A DNA stretch of 64,000 nucleotides from the human T2T-CHM13v2.0 reference genome, Homo sapiens: NCBI RefSeq assembly GCF_009914755.1, contig NC_060929.1, one strand, 5' to 3'. Made by a program: the position numbers and the translations under genes. The notes beneath the pieces are model-generated. The model did not search any database, was not told the DNA's origin, and worked only from the letters and a program-made list of their open reading frames with translations. Positions 28,290-41,730 of this stretch are shown in pieces. How positions within the stretch are numbered: position 1 is the first letter of the stretch; each line of letters opens with the position of its first letter.

Positions 28290-28680
28290 AGTGTCTAATG
28301 GATTCCCTCGAGCAGAATCTGAGACAAGGTTTCTTGTGGAGGTGATTTATTAAGAAAATGGTCCCAGGAGAATCTGGTAAGGGACTAAAGGGAGGCCTGT
28401 TGGAAAAGGGGAAAGAAGTCAACCAGGTAAATACTGGCCTCAGCTTTATTCAGCAAGGCTCAGGGTCATGAAAACCACTGCAGAGTTTGTTTTTCATTGA
28501 TATGAGAGTGCTACACTTTCTTAATCCTACACTAGTCAATTGTTGGGGTTGGTGTGTTGAAATTCCAGCACATTTGGTTCTTGGAACATCTGAAGATCTG
28601 GGCATGTGGTACAATTTAGAACCATTAAGGGAACCCTAGATGATCAGGACAAGATCACTGACTGTAGTTGCTGCAAAGAA
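28290..28680 (-). mobile_element. Old ERVL-type LTR (LTR16-like)
   Basis: gagcagaatctgagacaaggtttcttgtggaggtgatttattaag motif (antisense AATAAA) typical of the LTR16 group. Confidence 0.5.
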
Positions 28681-29340
28681 TTCGAATAAGTTTGGTGGAC
28701 AGAATTGTAAAAGACATTTCGCTTTAATTCTGTAACATTCCTAGTAACTGAGCTCTTTTAACATCATATTTCATAATTATGAATCACTAGGAGAAACGAT
28801 CATAAATTCATTGAGAAAATAGTCAATGAATAACAATGATAATCCCAATATTAAGTCAGCAGAAGCTGTGGGGTGGGGATTTATAAATGATTACATAAAT
28901 GGAGATTCTTCTTATGTGACGTGAAATGCTGTGTTGTGATGAGGAATCATAACATAAACATGATATTAACATTAATGTGCTGAGAAATTAACATCCATGG
29001 AGCAACCACCATATGCTAGGTATGTTATAATCCATATTTAATTTCACTTTTAATATAACCTATTTTGTAGGTATTATTTTTCTATTTTAGAAATGAAGAT
29101 ACTGAGAGTATAGAAAATTTAATAATTTGTCCAAGCCTACAGTTATTGACTGAACTTGGAACTCGTCAGTTCTCTCAGTGCTAAGATTTGTACTATTTTC
29201 AAAAGCATTCTATATATTTCCTGGAATATATTTTTGATTATTAGATTTTTGGGATTAGAATTAAAAAGTTGATTTAAGCCTGTGAATAGAAATTTTCCTC
29301 TTGGGATTTTGATCATTTCCTTAAATAATAAGAATGATGC

Positions 29341-29964
29341 TTTTACACTGTTGGTGGGAGTGTAAATTAGTTCAACCATTGTGGAAGACAGTGTGGCGAT
29401 TCATCAAGGATCTAGAACTAGAAATACCATTTGACCCAGCAATCCTATTACTGGGCATATACCCAAAGGATTATAAATCATTCTATTATAAAGACATATG
29501 CACATGTATGTTTACTGAGGCACCGTTCACAATAGCAAAGACTTGGAACCAACCCAAATGTTCATCAATGATAGACTGGATTAAGAAAATGTGGCACACA
29601 TACACTATGGAATACTATGCAGCCATAAAAAAGGATGAGTTCATGTCCTTTGCAGGGACATGGATGAAGCTGGAAACCATCATTCTCAGCAAAGTAACAC
29701 AGGGACAGAAAACCAAACACTGCATGTTCTCACTTATAAGTGGGAGTTGAACAATGAGAACACATGGACACGAGGAGGCGAACATCACACACTGGGGCCT
29801 GTTGGAGGGCAGGGAGCTAGGGGAGGGATAATATCAGGAGAAATACCTAATGTAGGTGACGGGCTGATGGGTGCAGCAAACCACCACGGCACATGTATAC
29901 TTATGTAACAAAACTGCACGTTCTGCACATGTAACCCAGAACTTAAAGTATAATTTTTTAAAAA
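29341..29964 (+). mobile_element. 5'-truncated L1PA (approx. L1PA7/8) 3' end
   Basis: ORF2 C-terminus HCWWECKLVQPLWKTVWRF...HCMFSLISGS, then 3' UTR; perfect 11-bp TSD AAGAATGATGC (29330-29340 / 29965-29975). Confidence 0.95.
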
Positions 29965-30749
29965 AAGAATGATGCCACCACTAGATGTTAGAATGTAAAC
30001 AGTAAATCTGAGTAAAGAATCAAGAAGCAAAATTTTACTAGTCTGTAAGAAACAGCCATGCACATGGCATAATCTAATAAACTTGCATCTCTGAGTAGGA
30101 TAGTAGGCAAGCCTATCTTCTGCCTGGGCCTTAAAAAAATAATGAAATAAAATTTTTCTCCTGTTCTTCTTCCCCATCTGATTTAAAATTTCTTTTTTAA
30201 TAAATATTCAATTTTATAAACAACTAAATTAGTTGACCCATGTGGATATGGACAGAGTAGGAAAAAAAAACAGTAATAGGCTATGCTAACTTTTATTGCA
30301 TTTAATCCATAGATTTAATTATGAGTCAAGTATTTGTGTGTGTGTGTGCGCATGCACGTGTGTGTGTGTAAATTTGTGGTGTTAATTCACTGTCATAGAG
30401 AAAATATTCATGTACACTTAGGCTCTGCATACTCAATCTCCTGAAAGACTTTTAGTGATGACTTTCAGCAGTAGTTTGAAGAAGGTTTAAATGAGGGTAA
30501 GAAATATGTAACCTCTATAATCACATCCTCTTTAATCACCATATTAGTTTTTTTTAATCTCATTATCAGAGGTTGTTTTTAACAGAATTTTATGTCCCCC
30601 ACAATGGAAGAGACAAACATAGAGTTGCAGGCAAACAATTACATTTTTCAGGATGCAAAGGAGACCTGACTTTCAAAAAAACTTGGGAAATGTATTTTCT
30701 GACTGATACCAACTTCAGGTACAGAAGAAGAAGAGTTTTGTTTTCAAAG

Positions 30750-31204
30750 TGTATTCATTTCCTAGGTCTGCTATAACAAAGTACCACAAACTGGGTGGCT
30801 TAAAACAACAGACATCTGTTGTTTCACAGTCCTGGAGGCTAACAGTTCAAAATCAGGGTATCTGTAGGTCTGTGCTTCCTCTGAAACATGTAGGGAAGAA
30901 TCCTTCCTTGCCTGTTCCTAGCTTCGGGTGATAGCCATCAATCATCAGCATTCCATGGTTTGTAGATGCATCATTTCAATCTCTGCCTCCATCTTCTCAT
31001 GGAGCTCTCCCTGTGTGTCTGTCTTCACATGATTATCTTCACATGGCCACCAGTCATATTGGATTAGGAGTACATCCTACTGCAACATGAACTAATCTTA
31101 ACTTGTGGCATCTGCAATATCCCTGTTTCCAAAGAAGGTCACATTTGGAAGAACTGCAGATTTGGACTTATCTTTCTTAAGAGGAACATAATTCAGTCTA
31201 TTAC
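30750..31204 (-). mobile_element. MLT1C-like solo LTR
   Basis: tgtattcatttcctaggtctgctataacaaagtaccacaaactgggtggcttaaaacaacag...ataattcagtctattaca. Confidence 0.85.
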
Positions 31205-32549
31205 ATAAGGGGAATATAGGCAATAGGCATACTGGTAGGAAATCACAGCCTCTGCTGTAGTCCGGAGACCCACAATTATTGACCATGATTCAGTTTGTTT
31301 TTTGACTGGAAGTAGGTCTCGAGTTCTGAAGGAGTAGAGAGAAAAGATCTGGTGATAATTAGCCAGACAAAACAATCAATTCTTCTTTAAATACAACTTG
31401 ATATTTAGCCCATAATCTGGTAATAAAATGATAAGTGCATTATATTTATTGAAGTTTCTATTCTGGAAACATTTCTCACAATTTATGCTGATAAGTTCCA
31501 TGTTAAAAACAAATATGTAGTTATTAATTTACAATTTATAAATTCTCAAGAGGTAATAGATTTTTCAATTAGGAATGGTTCTGCTTTGAATTTATTAAGA
31601 TAATTAGGACAATCTGACACATAAAAAATAAATTGATTAATCATCCAAACTTTTCTTGTGAAGCTAGTAATTTCATTAAGTTTCACGTGCCCAGTTTGCA
31701 AGACAATTGTCTTTTACCTTTCTTCTGCTGAGAACGTTTTTTTTTTTAAAAAAAAAAAAAGAGGATATTTTAAAGGTTGATCTGAAAAGCTTTTCTGTGA
31801 AAACAGTTGTGCCTTGTCAAATATTAAGAAGAAAAGATGAGAAGTGATTCATTTAGGCAATAACACCGGTGACAATGAGCTGTGAAAGGTTTTATTTTTA
31901 TAATAGAACTAATTCAAGAAGTAACTATGGAAAAGTTGAAACCCCGTGAGCTTGTAAAGCACACTGCTGTAATTATCTCTGCTTTCTGCTTCTTTCACAG
32001 GAATGAAATCACTTCAAACAAAACTACTTTAAAAAGAGACAAAGAAAGCCCCCATATCTAATATCCTCATGCCCAGGAAAAGTCAGTGATTTTAATGACT
32101 GCAAAACAAAGTCCCATAAAATGAATGGCATTGAGTAGTGTGAGCATAATTTCCATTTTTTGCCTTCCTTTTAGGAAACTGTCTTTATGCTTTGTTTTTT
32201 AAAAAAGGTAAAAATAAAATAAACCTTTACAATGGCAACTGGAACTGTTAGTAAATTGCAGATTTTTGTTTCCACACAAGACCATTCTAAAGAGAAAACT
32301 TGCTTTTTTATTAGTAAATGTAATAAAATACAACACTTATTTCTAACATTTTGCTTTCAATCATTCAAACATTAACTTTTGAGCATAATTGAAATAGTCT
32401 TTAAATGACATTATGTTTCAATCTAATTACCAAGAATGCTTACAAAATAACTATTTGTTAACTCGATTAAAGCAATAGAAATCACTCCAACAAATAAAGC
32501 AAATAATATGAGTTAAAAAGGATTATTGATGATTAAATTATATATTTTT

Positions 32550-34340
32550 ATTAGGTGTTGTTTAGCTATATGGTGCATGTGGTAAAATTCACCTTTTTGT
32601 TGTGCAATTTTATGCTTTGCATCATTTGAGCCCATATAGTAACCATCACAATCAAAATATAGAAAGGTTCCATCACCCCAAAACATTCCCTGATGTTGTC
32701 ATTATACAGTCATTCCCTCTCACTCCCCACAGCTTCAAGACACCACTGATGAGTTTCCTATTTGTATACTTTTCTAAAATGTCATGTGAATGAAATTATA
32801 TAGAGTAAAACTTTTTAACTCAGGCTTCTTTCATTTGAAATTCATTCACGTTATTGCATGTGGCAGTGGTTATTCCTTTTAATTGTTGAGGAGTATAGCG
32901 TTTCTGTCTTCTTGCCAGTTTTGATCTGCACATTTTCAGTTACTCAAGGTCAATTGCAGTCCAAAATTATTAAATGGAAAACTTCAGAATTAGACAATTC
33001 ATAGGTGTTTAATTACACACATGGCTTTCTGAGTAGCATGATTCAATCTTGTTTCATCTCACTGTCTCACCTGGGACGTGACTCCTCACTTTGTCCAGCA
33101 GATCCACACTGTGGACCCTTTGGCTCATCAATCACTTAATAGCTGTCTAGGTTTTTAGACTGACTGTTATGGTATCTAAGTACTTGTACAACAAGGAACC
33201 CTTATTTTACCTCATAATGGCTCCAAAACACAAGAGTAGGGATGCCAGCCATTCAGATATTCCAAAGAGAAGACATAAAGTGTTTTCTTTAAGGGAAAAG
33301 GTGAAAGTCCTCAACTTAAGGAAAGAAAAAAAAAATCTTCTTCTGAGGTTCCTCAGATCTATAGTCAGAACAAATCTACCCATAAAACTGTGGAGAAGAA
33401 AAAAAAACTCATGCTAGTATTGCTGTGGCATCACACTGCAAAAGTTGTCACTATAGTGTGTGATAAGTGCTTAGCTATAATGGAAAAGGCATTAAAATTT
33501 TGGGTGGAAGGCATGAACTGAAATGGGTACTGATTGACAGCAACGTGTTGCACCACAAACCATTAAGCCTACACAAAGACTTCAGCAAGGGATCCCCTGT
33601 AAAATGTCACACCGAGCCATTTGCTGCAAGTAAGAGATGGTTACACAGATTCAGGAATAGGATTGGACTGAAAAATATAAAACTTACTGGAGAGGCTTTG
33701 TCTGCTCATGAAGAAGTTTCTCCTTCATGAGTATAGTAAAATATTTTGAAAGAGAGGGAAGCCACATTCATATAACTTTTATTACAGCATATTGTTACAA
33801 TTGTTCTATTTTATTAATAGTTATTGTTATTAATCTTTTGCTATGTCTAATTTATAAGTTAGACTTTATTATAGTTTTGTATGTACAGGGAAAAAATACA
33901 TAGTATATGTAGGGTTTGGTACTATCTGAGGTTTCAGGCATCTACTGGAGGTCTTGGAACATACTCCCCCATGGACAAAGGAGGACAACTGTATCTGATT
34001 GTAGGATTATAAGGCAGTTTGTTTATCCATTTATCAGATGAAGGACATTTGAATTCTTCTAGTTTTTGGTGACTAGGAATAAAGCTGTTATAAACATTCA
34101 TATATGGGTTTTTGTATGAACATAGCTTTCAAGTTGTTTGGGTAAAAGCCTATAAATGAGATAGCTGGATAGTACAAGGGACTAGGGGAAGCCTGTTTAG
34201 CTTTATAAGAAACTGCCAATCTGTTTTCCAAACTGGCTGTGTCACCAGACATATATAGGAGTCCCAGTCGGTTTGTGTTCTGTGCCAGTGTTTATAATTG
34301 CCATTTTATTTTACTTTTGCTATTCTAGTAGGTGTGCAGA
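32550..34340 (-). mobile_element. L1MC/MD-like 3' fragment split by Tigger7
   Basis: ggtaaaattcaccttttt...ccatcaccccaaaa...attccttttaattgttgaggagta | ...gtttatccatt...aataaagctgttataaacattc. Confidence 0.75.
32896..33991 (+). mobile_element. Tigger7/MER44 DNA transposon, internally deleted
   Basis: TA at both flanks; 3' end gggtttggtactatctgaggtttcaggcat...ggacaactg; transposase N-terminus relic MAPKHKSRDASHSDIPKRRHKV...FAASKRWLHRFRNRIGLKNIKLTGEA (CENP-B-type HTH). Confidence 0.88.
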
Positions 34341-34488
34341 AAATATTCTTTACAAAATAAAAAGTAGAAAGAGCAAACTGATCATTTAAGTAAAGTCATT
34401 TAGTTGAGCATAAAAAATAACGTCAAGAAGTGAATGTCTCTTGTGTTCTCATAAGTAAAGCCTAGTTCTCTTCAGAATGAATTCATAG

Positions 34489-34814
<326 letters not shown>

Positions 34815-37800
34815 TCAAGATATTTTATAGTTTCATGAATTGACAAATTTTGGTGTTATACCAGTATATGTCTTCAGCAGATATCTCCATAGCTATCGGC
34901 AATTAACTATTCTCTTTTTGGCCACTAGATATCTGCATAAAACACAAAATTGTTAATTTTTTAGGTGAAAAGATAGATTGAGTACCCAACTTTTTTCTCA
35001 ACTAAATTTCAATAAGCAATATAAATGGAATTAAATTGAAAAGAAGCAAATACATTTCCTAAGCACTATAATACTTGGAGCAAGAAGTATACAGTTTAAT
35101 TATAATACATTGTAGGATTTGGGTCATAAACAAAATTACTTCAAGTTTTACACTTCAAGAAATATAAAAACTCTAGGATTTAAGAAAAGTAAAAATACCC
35201 CAATCACTAGCTTTTGTTTTAATATCAATAATAAGCAGAAGGCAACATCTCTGACAACCATTGTCTAATTCTAATTTTTTGTAAAGTTTTATCATCTTAA
35301 TCTCATTAGTGATGGACTCAGTTCTAGATAATTTTACTTATTTAGCAGATATTTTATAAATGCATTGTAGCTCTCATAGAGTTAGCTTTAGTAATTAAAA
35401 GTTGACAAGTTGCTTTCTCAAGGTCATTCCAGGAATTCAGGAATCTGACACTTTGCAAAGGTCCTGAAAAAATGGGATGATTCCATAGAGCGAATGTTTA
35501 AATTTTGATTGCACACGCACAAAAAAGAAAAATATAAGTATAAATAGAGCACCATATTGGGGAAACACTTAATAAAGAGCTTCAATTTGTTGCATCCATT
35601 ATTCTACTTGAGCTTTATTGCTATATGATTTTGGGAGTAGTTTACTTAATGTTTTCTTCAGTTAATTTCCACAGCATTGACAAAGTGTGTTTATTAAATA
35701 TAAAAAGTATGTAAAATTTGAAAAATATTAATGACTTATATTTTATATAACTATTAAAATATGTTTACAACTAAAATAATTTATAATTGTTTATAACTTA
35801 TTTTATTGATACTCTATGCAAAGAGAATGCACAGAATTGGGTGTCATCACGGTGCTTTTTTCTTCATTTTTCTATTGCAACAAATCAAACTATGTTAGCA
35901 TTATGCTGAAATTATAAGAAAACTGTTTTCCTCAAAGTTACTGAATAGGTTGGTCATGCAAAAATATATAATGGAAACCGGATAAATTTTCATATTGTTA
36001 TCTTCTCAGTATCTTCTTAATGAAGGAGATTGCAACTGTCATTTCTGTGCTCCAAAGAGGCTCTGGTTTACCAGAGACATTGTGGCATATTTTTTGTATG
36101 CTTTAAGACTAAATTTAATGTGCCAGAATATAACAAGGGCACAAAGACAATAGAGGCTGATACCTGTCAAACTCGACCAAGCTAATTAGGATAAACTGAC
36201 ATGCAGGCAGTTAATTGTGTCAGATGAAATATCACACTTTAATTATGTGTTTAAGAGATCTGGTACTAGCTTCAACCCAATCACTTTTTATTGCAAAAGT
36301 TCTAGCTACTTCCATATATGGAATTTTTTGTTTGGTTTTTGGTATTTTTTTAGGAGAGGAGTAAAATTCAAAAATTATTTTTTTTATACATTAGCCTTCA
36401 GGTTTCCACCACTGCTTATAAACTAGATAGGCTAATAAGACAAAAGAGACCTGCGAACTCCCAGAAATAAACCTTCATCCTAAGATTTACCTTAGAGTGG
36501 AGCCAAATGGAGAGTTGGTTGTCTGTAGTTTAAAAAGACAAAGCAGAAATAATAAACACTCAAAAACATACCACCAGTTTTGCCTTTAATAGGCATTCAA
36601 TAAAATTATGTTAAATAATTGTTTATCATTTCCCTATGAAATCTGAACTGAAAAATGTAGCGTAATGAGATTTACAGAATTGAGTTTGAATTCAAAGTTG
36701 AATGTAAAGAAAGTATTCACTGAGAGATACTCATCTAAAAATTGTCTCTCAGAGATAGGTTCCCATTGGAAAAAACTTTCTCAATAAATAAAAAACTACT
36801 GAGGTGAGTTTAGTTTATATTTTGCAGATATGACTAATACAGTATGTAGAAATGACAAAGGTCTAAAAGAACTGTTAACATTGAAACTAACATATTTTAA
36901 CCCTTTTATCTTGTAGTTACAGAGTTGGCTAGAGAGGTTAATTAGTGAGCCGAGGTTGCATTTTTTTTTTTTTTGTAGAAGAGTAAACATCATTTTAGGC
37001 TAGATCTGAGCCCGAAACCTGATTTGCCATCTAAATATTAGCTATATGACATTGGTTGGACAAGCTACTTGGACCATATATCTTATCCTAAAAAATATAA
37101 GCACTTCTGAGTGTAAAACCAGGCAATATAATTATCACAGGACAGTGGCAGAGACCAGGACTATCCCAGGTAAACTGGCAATTAATGATCACTTGCTTAT
37201 AACTTCTCAGCTTCACTTTCTTCATCTGATACAGTTCCCATCTATTGGTTTGACAAGTCACTCAAAACAAAAATAAAGAAAGAAAGAAAAATAAATAAAG
37301 TAAAAGCTACTTCTAGAACTTGTACCTACTTCAGCCCTTTTGCCATCTGTGGCAGGTTTGATAGGTGTTAGTAATTTACAGATATAGAATACAGTAGGTT
37401 ATTTACTTATCAGAGCCTATAGTAAGGTCATAAAGGAGAGAAAATCATTTTAGTAAACTAGCCAGTCAGAAAGCTCAGAGGTGGCTTTAGATCAGGTACA
37501 CAACTCAGTTGCTTTTTCTGCCAGTAGCTATGTACACAGTGAAAATCAGATAACCATGCACCTTGGCAAACTGAAGAATCTGAAGTTTTTGATACCCCAT
37601 AATAACTGTGCAGTTTAGGAAACTGGGATAAGGATAACAGACAGCAGCAAGAGTAGTTAAGAAAACCTGATGCCTACGACTACTTGTACATATCTCCTGC
37701 TAATGGTGTCTCAGTTGAATTCGTCCTGGCTCTCACTGACATTTTGGCTGAAGAAATTCAGGAAGAAAATGCATTTATCCTTTCTGTTACCTTTCCCTGA

Positions 37801-38329
37801 TACTTATAAATATATGTCAGAATAGACACTTAACGTCATACTGCTTATTTGCCGTGCTTGGATTTGGTGAAATACCATACCTAGCTAGTTGGGTGAACAC
37901 TAACCATGGGATACTGACTTGCTAAGAAGATGGAGTGAGACAGCCCAGGTCACTCAGATGCTACCAACAATGAGTTTATAAAATAGCCTTTGAAGACAAA
38001 ATAGCCTGGTGTGTCTGCAGCAGCCTGTCTCCACATGACTGACTATTGGAACTTTGAATCGCTTTTTTACAGTGAACACATCCCTGGTAGAAGGATGAAG
38101 GCTGGCAGGTGACTTGTTGAGACAGCTTCTCCCTTCCATGAAGATGCACAACATTGTGTCAGGAGGGTGTCTTCTCCAAACACCAAGCCTTCCATATGCC
38201 ATTAACAACAATTACCCCAGAATATGTTGACTCATCCACACCCACGATCTGATTTTGCTCTTGTTTTTAAAAAAAAGGGATGTCCCTGCTGGCTCAAGAC
38301 AGGGATGAGTCAACTTGCGACTGTGTGTT

Positions 38330-39370
38330 TTTAAGACCTTTACTACTCTCGCTGATATCATTAATTTATCTCTACCAATTGGAACATTTAGATCAGCATA
38401 CAAACATAGCCTGTTCTATTGTGTCTCCTTATTAAAAAAAAAATTTTGCTTAACTCCAATTTTCCTTGCAGTCTCTGTTACCCTTCTCTATAATATTTCT
38501 CTGAAAGTTTGTTCACAGATATTGTCTTCCTCTCCTCACTTGCATTCAGTTTTCAATACCCTTAATCATCTTTCATCTGAACAGCTGCAGCATTCTCCTC
38601 GCTTACTCCTACTACCCCAAATGTCTTTTCCACTAAATAGGAAGAGTAACTAAAAAAAAAGAAGAAGAAGAATTTAATTACATTATCACTACCCTGCAAT
38701 GACTCCACTTAATGTCTTCTCATTAAGCTCTCAGTAGACCTCAGGATACTTTGTAATAGGATTCTGTCTTCTCCATCAGTGCCTCCCTCCTAATCTCCAG
38801 ATAAACTGATATATGTATCAGTGTATATAATATCTGAGGATTATGATACACTCCTATATACATATCACATATGAATAGATATCATGAATATATATATCAC
38901 ATTTAAATGTATATATCATGAATATATATCACATATAAATATTATATATATCATATATATAAAGTATTTTACCTCCTATATGTACATTTTATGCTTAAAC
39001 ATAACAAACTTGTCCTAACTTAAGAATGTTGCACTGGCTGTCTCCTCTACTTAAGACCTCTCTACATAACTCTCAGCATCAACCTCTTTCACCATTCAAA
39101 TCTCAAATAATGTTTCTTTTCAAAGAACTTCCTTGATGAGTCTAAAGAACTGCCCACTACCAGTTTCTCTTTATCATATTATTTGTTTAATTTTGATGGC
39201 ATTTTGCACTAAAATTATTATGTTTATTGATTCACTTTAATATTTTGCCTATATCTATGGAGTAATCTCCAAAGGAAGAAAAGGAAGCTTTTCTTTCTTG
39301 TTCATAATTGTCTCTCAGTGTTTGGAACAGAGCCTGACATCTTATAGATACCAATAAAATATTTTTTGGA
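38330..39370 (+). mobile_element. Degraded L2 3' region with AT-rich low-complexity insert (38810-38985)
   Basis: Pyrimidine-rich; ends ...cagtgtttggaacagagcctgacatcttatagataccaataaaatatt. Confidence 0.6.
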
Positions 39371-41398
39371 AAAATTGTGTTATATATAAATGTCAGAGTA
39401 TATTACACAATTACATTAAGACCACACCTGAAGAAATGTAGCTAAGGTAAATATATTTTGTAATTTCCTTATCCAAAATAAAACACTGGGAAGGAAACAT
39501 CACCTAATCTGTTAACAAATTATAAGAACTATGGGTTTATAAAGAGATTTCTCTCTAAAACCTGGAACATACATTTGGAATAAAACATAAAATCGTAACA
39601 TAAAACCTCCTAGGAAATCAAAGCCAAGCAAACAAGCAAAATACTGAAAAACAAAGCTACTATTTCTTGTCAAGTAGTGTATCATTTGCCTTTATTTTGA
39701 TGACACACTGCCAATAAATTCCCAAGGAAATTCTTATATATTGTGAGATTAAATATGATTTTAGAAAAGACAGACTTGTTCCAAGGTGTACCATGGTGCA
39801 GATACAATTCCTTGTCTACAGAATTTAGCTGTAGATTAATCTTTTAATGAGTTTTCAAAAGTCATGGAGCAAATGATAAATATGACAATTAAACATTATG
39901 AAATCAGCGTGTATTTTTAAAGATACAGTAAGTGCTTCGCTTGGGGGCATCTCATGCATCCACAAATGTCCCTTTGGTTAAAGGAAGGGGAAATATATTT
40001 AACTCTCAAGTTCATACACAAATCAGTGTCAACCCAAACATTTTGGGGGAAGTTAATTGAGATTGAATAATTCAGAAAGCTGAGTGCAGTGGAGGCTTTA
40101 CAATGCCTGAAGTTAGCCACTTGGAATTACACTGAAAACAAACAAAACAAACCTAATGGCTGTTAAATAGCTGGTCTTACAGGGAGAAAGAAATATATTA
40201 TCAAACAACAACAACTTTTAACAGAGAATAATTTATAATCAAAAGTTGTCAGTTCGTTACTTCCAAAGTACCGAGTGAGATGTATGAACTATTAGTTATA
40301 AAGCCTATTTCTATTTTTGATCACCTAGAGAAAATAATCTGAACTTTTGAATAAGGGCATTTTAAAAGTATTAACTGTAACAAAACAAAAGATTTAGTAT
40401 TCTGCTTTCTCTTGCCATCAACAATTGTAATACAAAGTGGAAATATAATAATGCTATAGGATATGATGGAAATCCTTCAGAGAAAAATAGAGACAGCGTT
40501 AATTTAATATTGGGCTATTCATCACATATGTTAACAAATCCGTACTGCAGATGTCAATTAATTAACGAGGAAAAATTGAGACTTTAACGGTTTTGTGATA
40601 AAAATATTCTCCTTTTGTCTTTATTGTCTTAAATTAATCACAGCAACATTTGAGTTTACTAGGAAGAAATGACATCGGTGGTCCTCCACCATATGGATCT
40701 CTGGTGTTATGCATAAGTGGTCTACACACAAGTGAAAGAGCTGACATCCTAAAATAGTGATGCTTGCTATAGCAATGTTTAGTGGTGAGGATTTCATGAC
40801 AGATGATGTAAATACGTGCACAAGTTTACAAAAAGATTTTTTTAAAAAATTAAATATAAAAATGATTGGTTTACCTTCTTTGGGGAAGGAACAGAAAGAG
40901 AGTTAAGATAAAGTGAAAAGCCACTGTGTTCCAGTTACATTGAAAGACATATTAGGTTGCTTTTCTCAGGGAATTTTCTTCACAACCATGTGCATTACAT
41001 TTTATATCCATCTCATGGTTGATAAAAGTTAAAAATCCATGTAATTTGTCTGAATGTCCAGCAGTGGTTTCTGAGCTATTGTCCTGAATGGTGAGTACAT
41101 GATGTAGCTTCCACAAGACCTTGTGGTCTCATTCTGTGTTGGAGAGAGGGAAAGGGACAAATAGGAGGAAACACTGAGGTCGTTGTTGAATGGAGCAAGT
41201 TAACAAGAAATCTCAAACTCAAACCCTTTTTTTTTTTTAAACTCACATCCTTCAGATGGGCTAGCTCTATTACATAATGCCATAGAAAATAAATTATACG
41301 AGGAATCCAGCATTTCAAATGGCCTGTGTATAATCTTTCATGACGCCTGATGTAAGGCAAATAGCACGATCTCCCACATGGGACACAATTTGTTTAAA

Positions 41399-41401
41399 TT
41401 T

Positions 41402-41432
<31 letters not shown>

Positions 41433-41730
41433 GGAGACAGAGTCTCGCTCTTTCGCCACGCTGGAGTGCAGTGGCGCGATCCAGGCTTGTGGCGCGATCC
41501 AGGCTTACTGCAATCTCTGCCTCCCCGGTTCAAGCCATTCTCCTGCCTCAGCATTCTGAGTAGCTGGGACTACAGGCACCCGCCACCATGCCCAGCTAAT
41601 TTTTGTATTTTTAGTAAAAACGGGGTTTCACCATGTTAGCTAGGATGGTCTCGATGTCCTGACCTCATGATCTGCCTGCCTCAGCCTCCCAAAGTGCTGG
41701 GATTACAGGCGTGAGCCACCGTGCCTGGCT
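41399..41730 (-). mobile_element. Alu (AluSc8/Y-like) with internal 18-bp tandem duplication
   Basis: Full dimer; diagnostic ttagctaggatggtctcgat; gtggcgcgatccaggctt occurs twice. Confidence 0.95.

Noticed and set aside
29334-29750. 138-aa uninterrupted ORF
   Set aside because: It is the L1 ORF2 C-terminus of a 5'-truncated copy, and the ATG comes from the TSD. Not a host gene.
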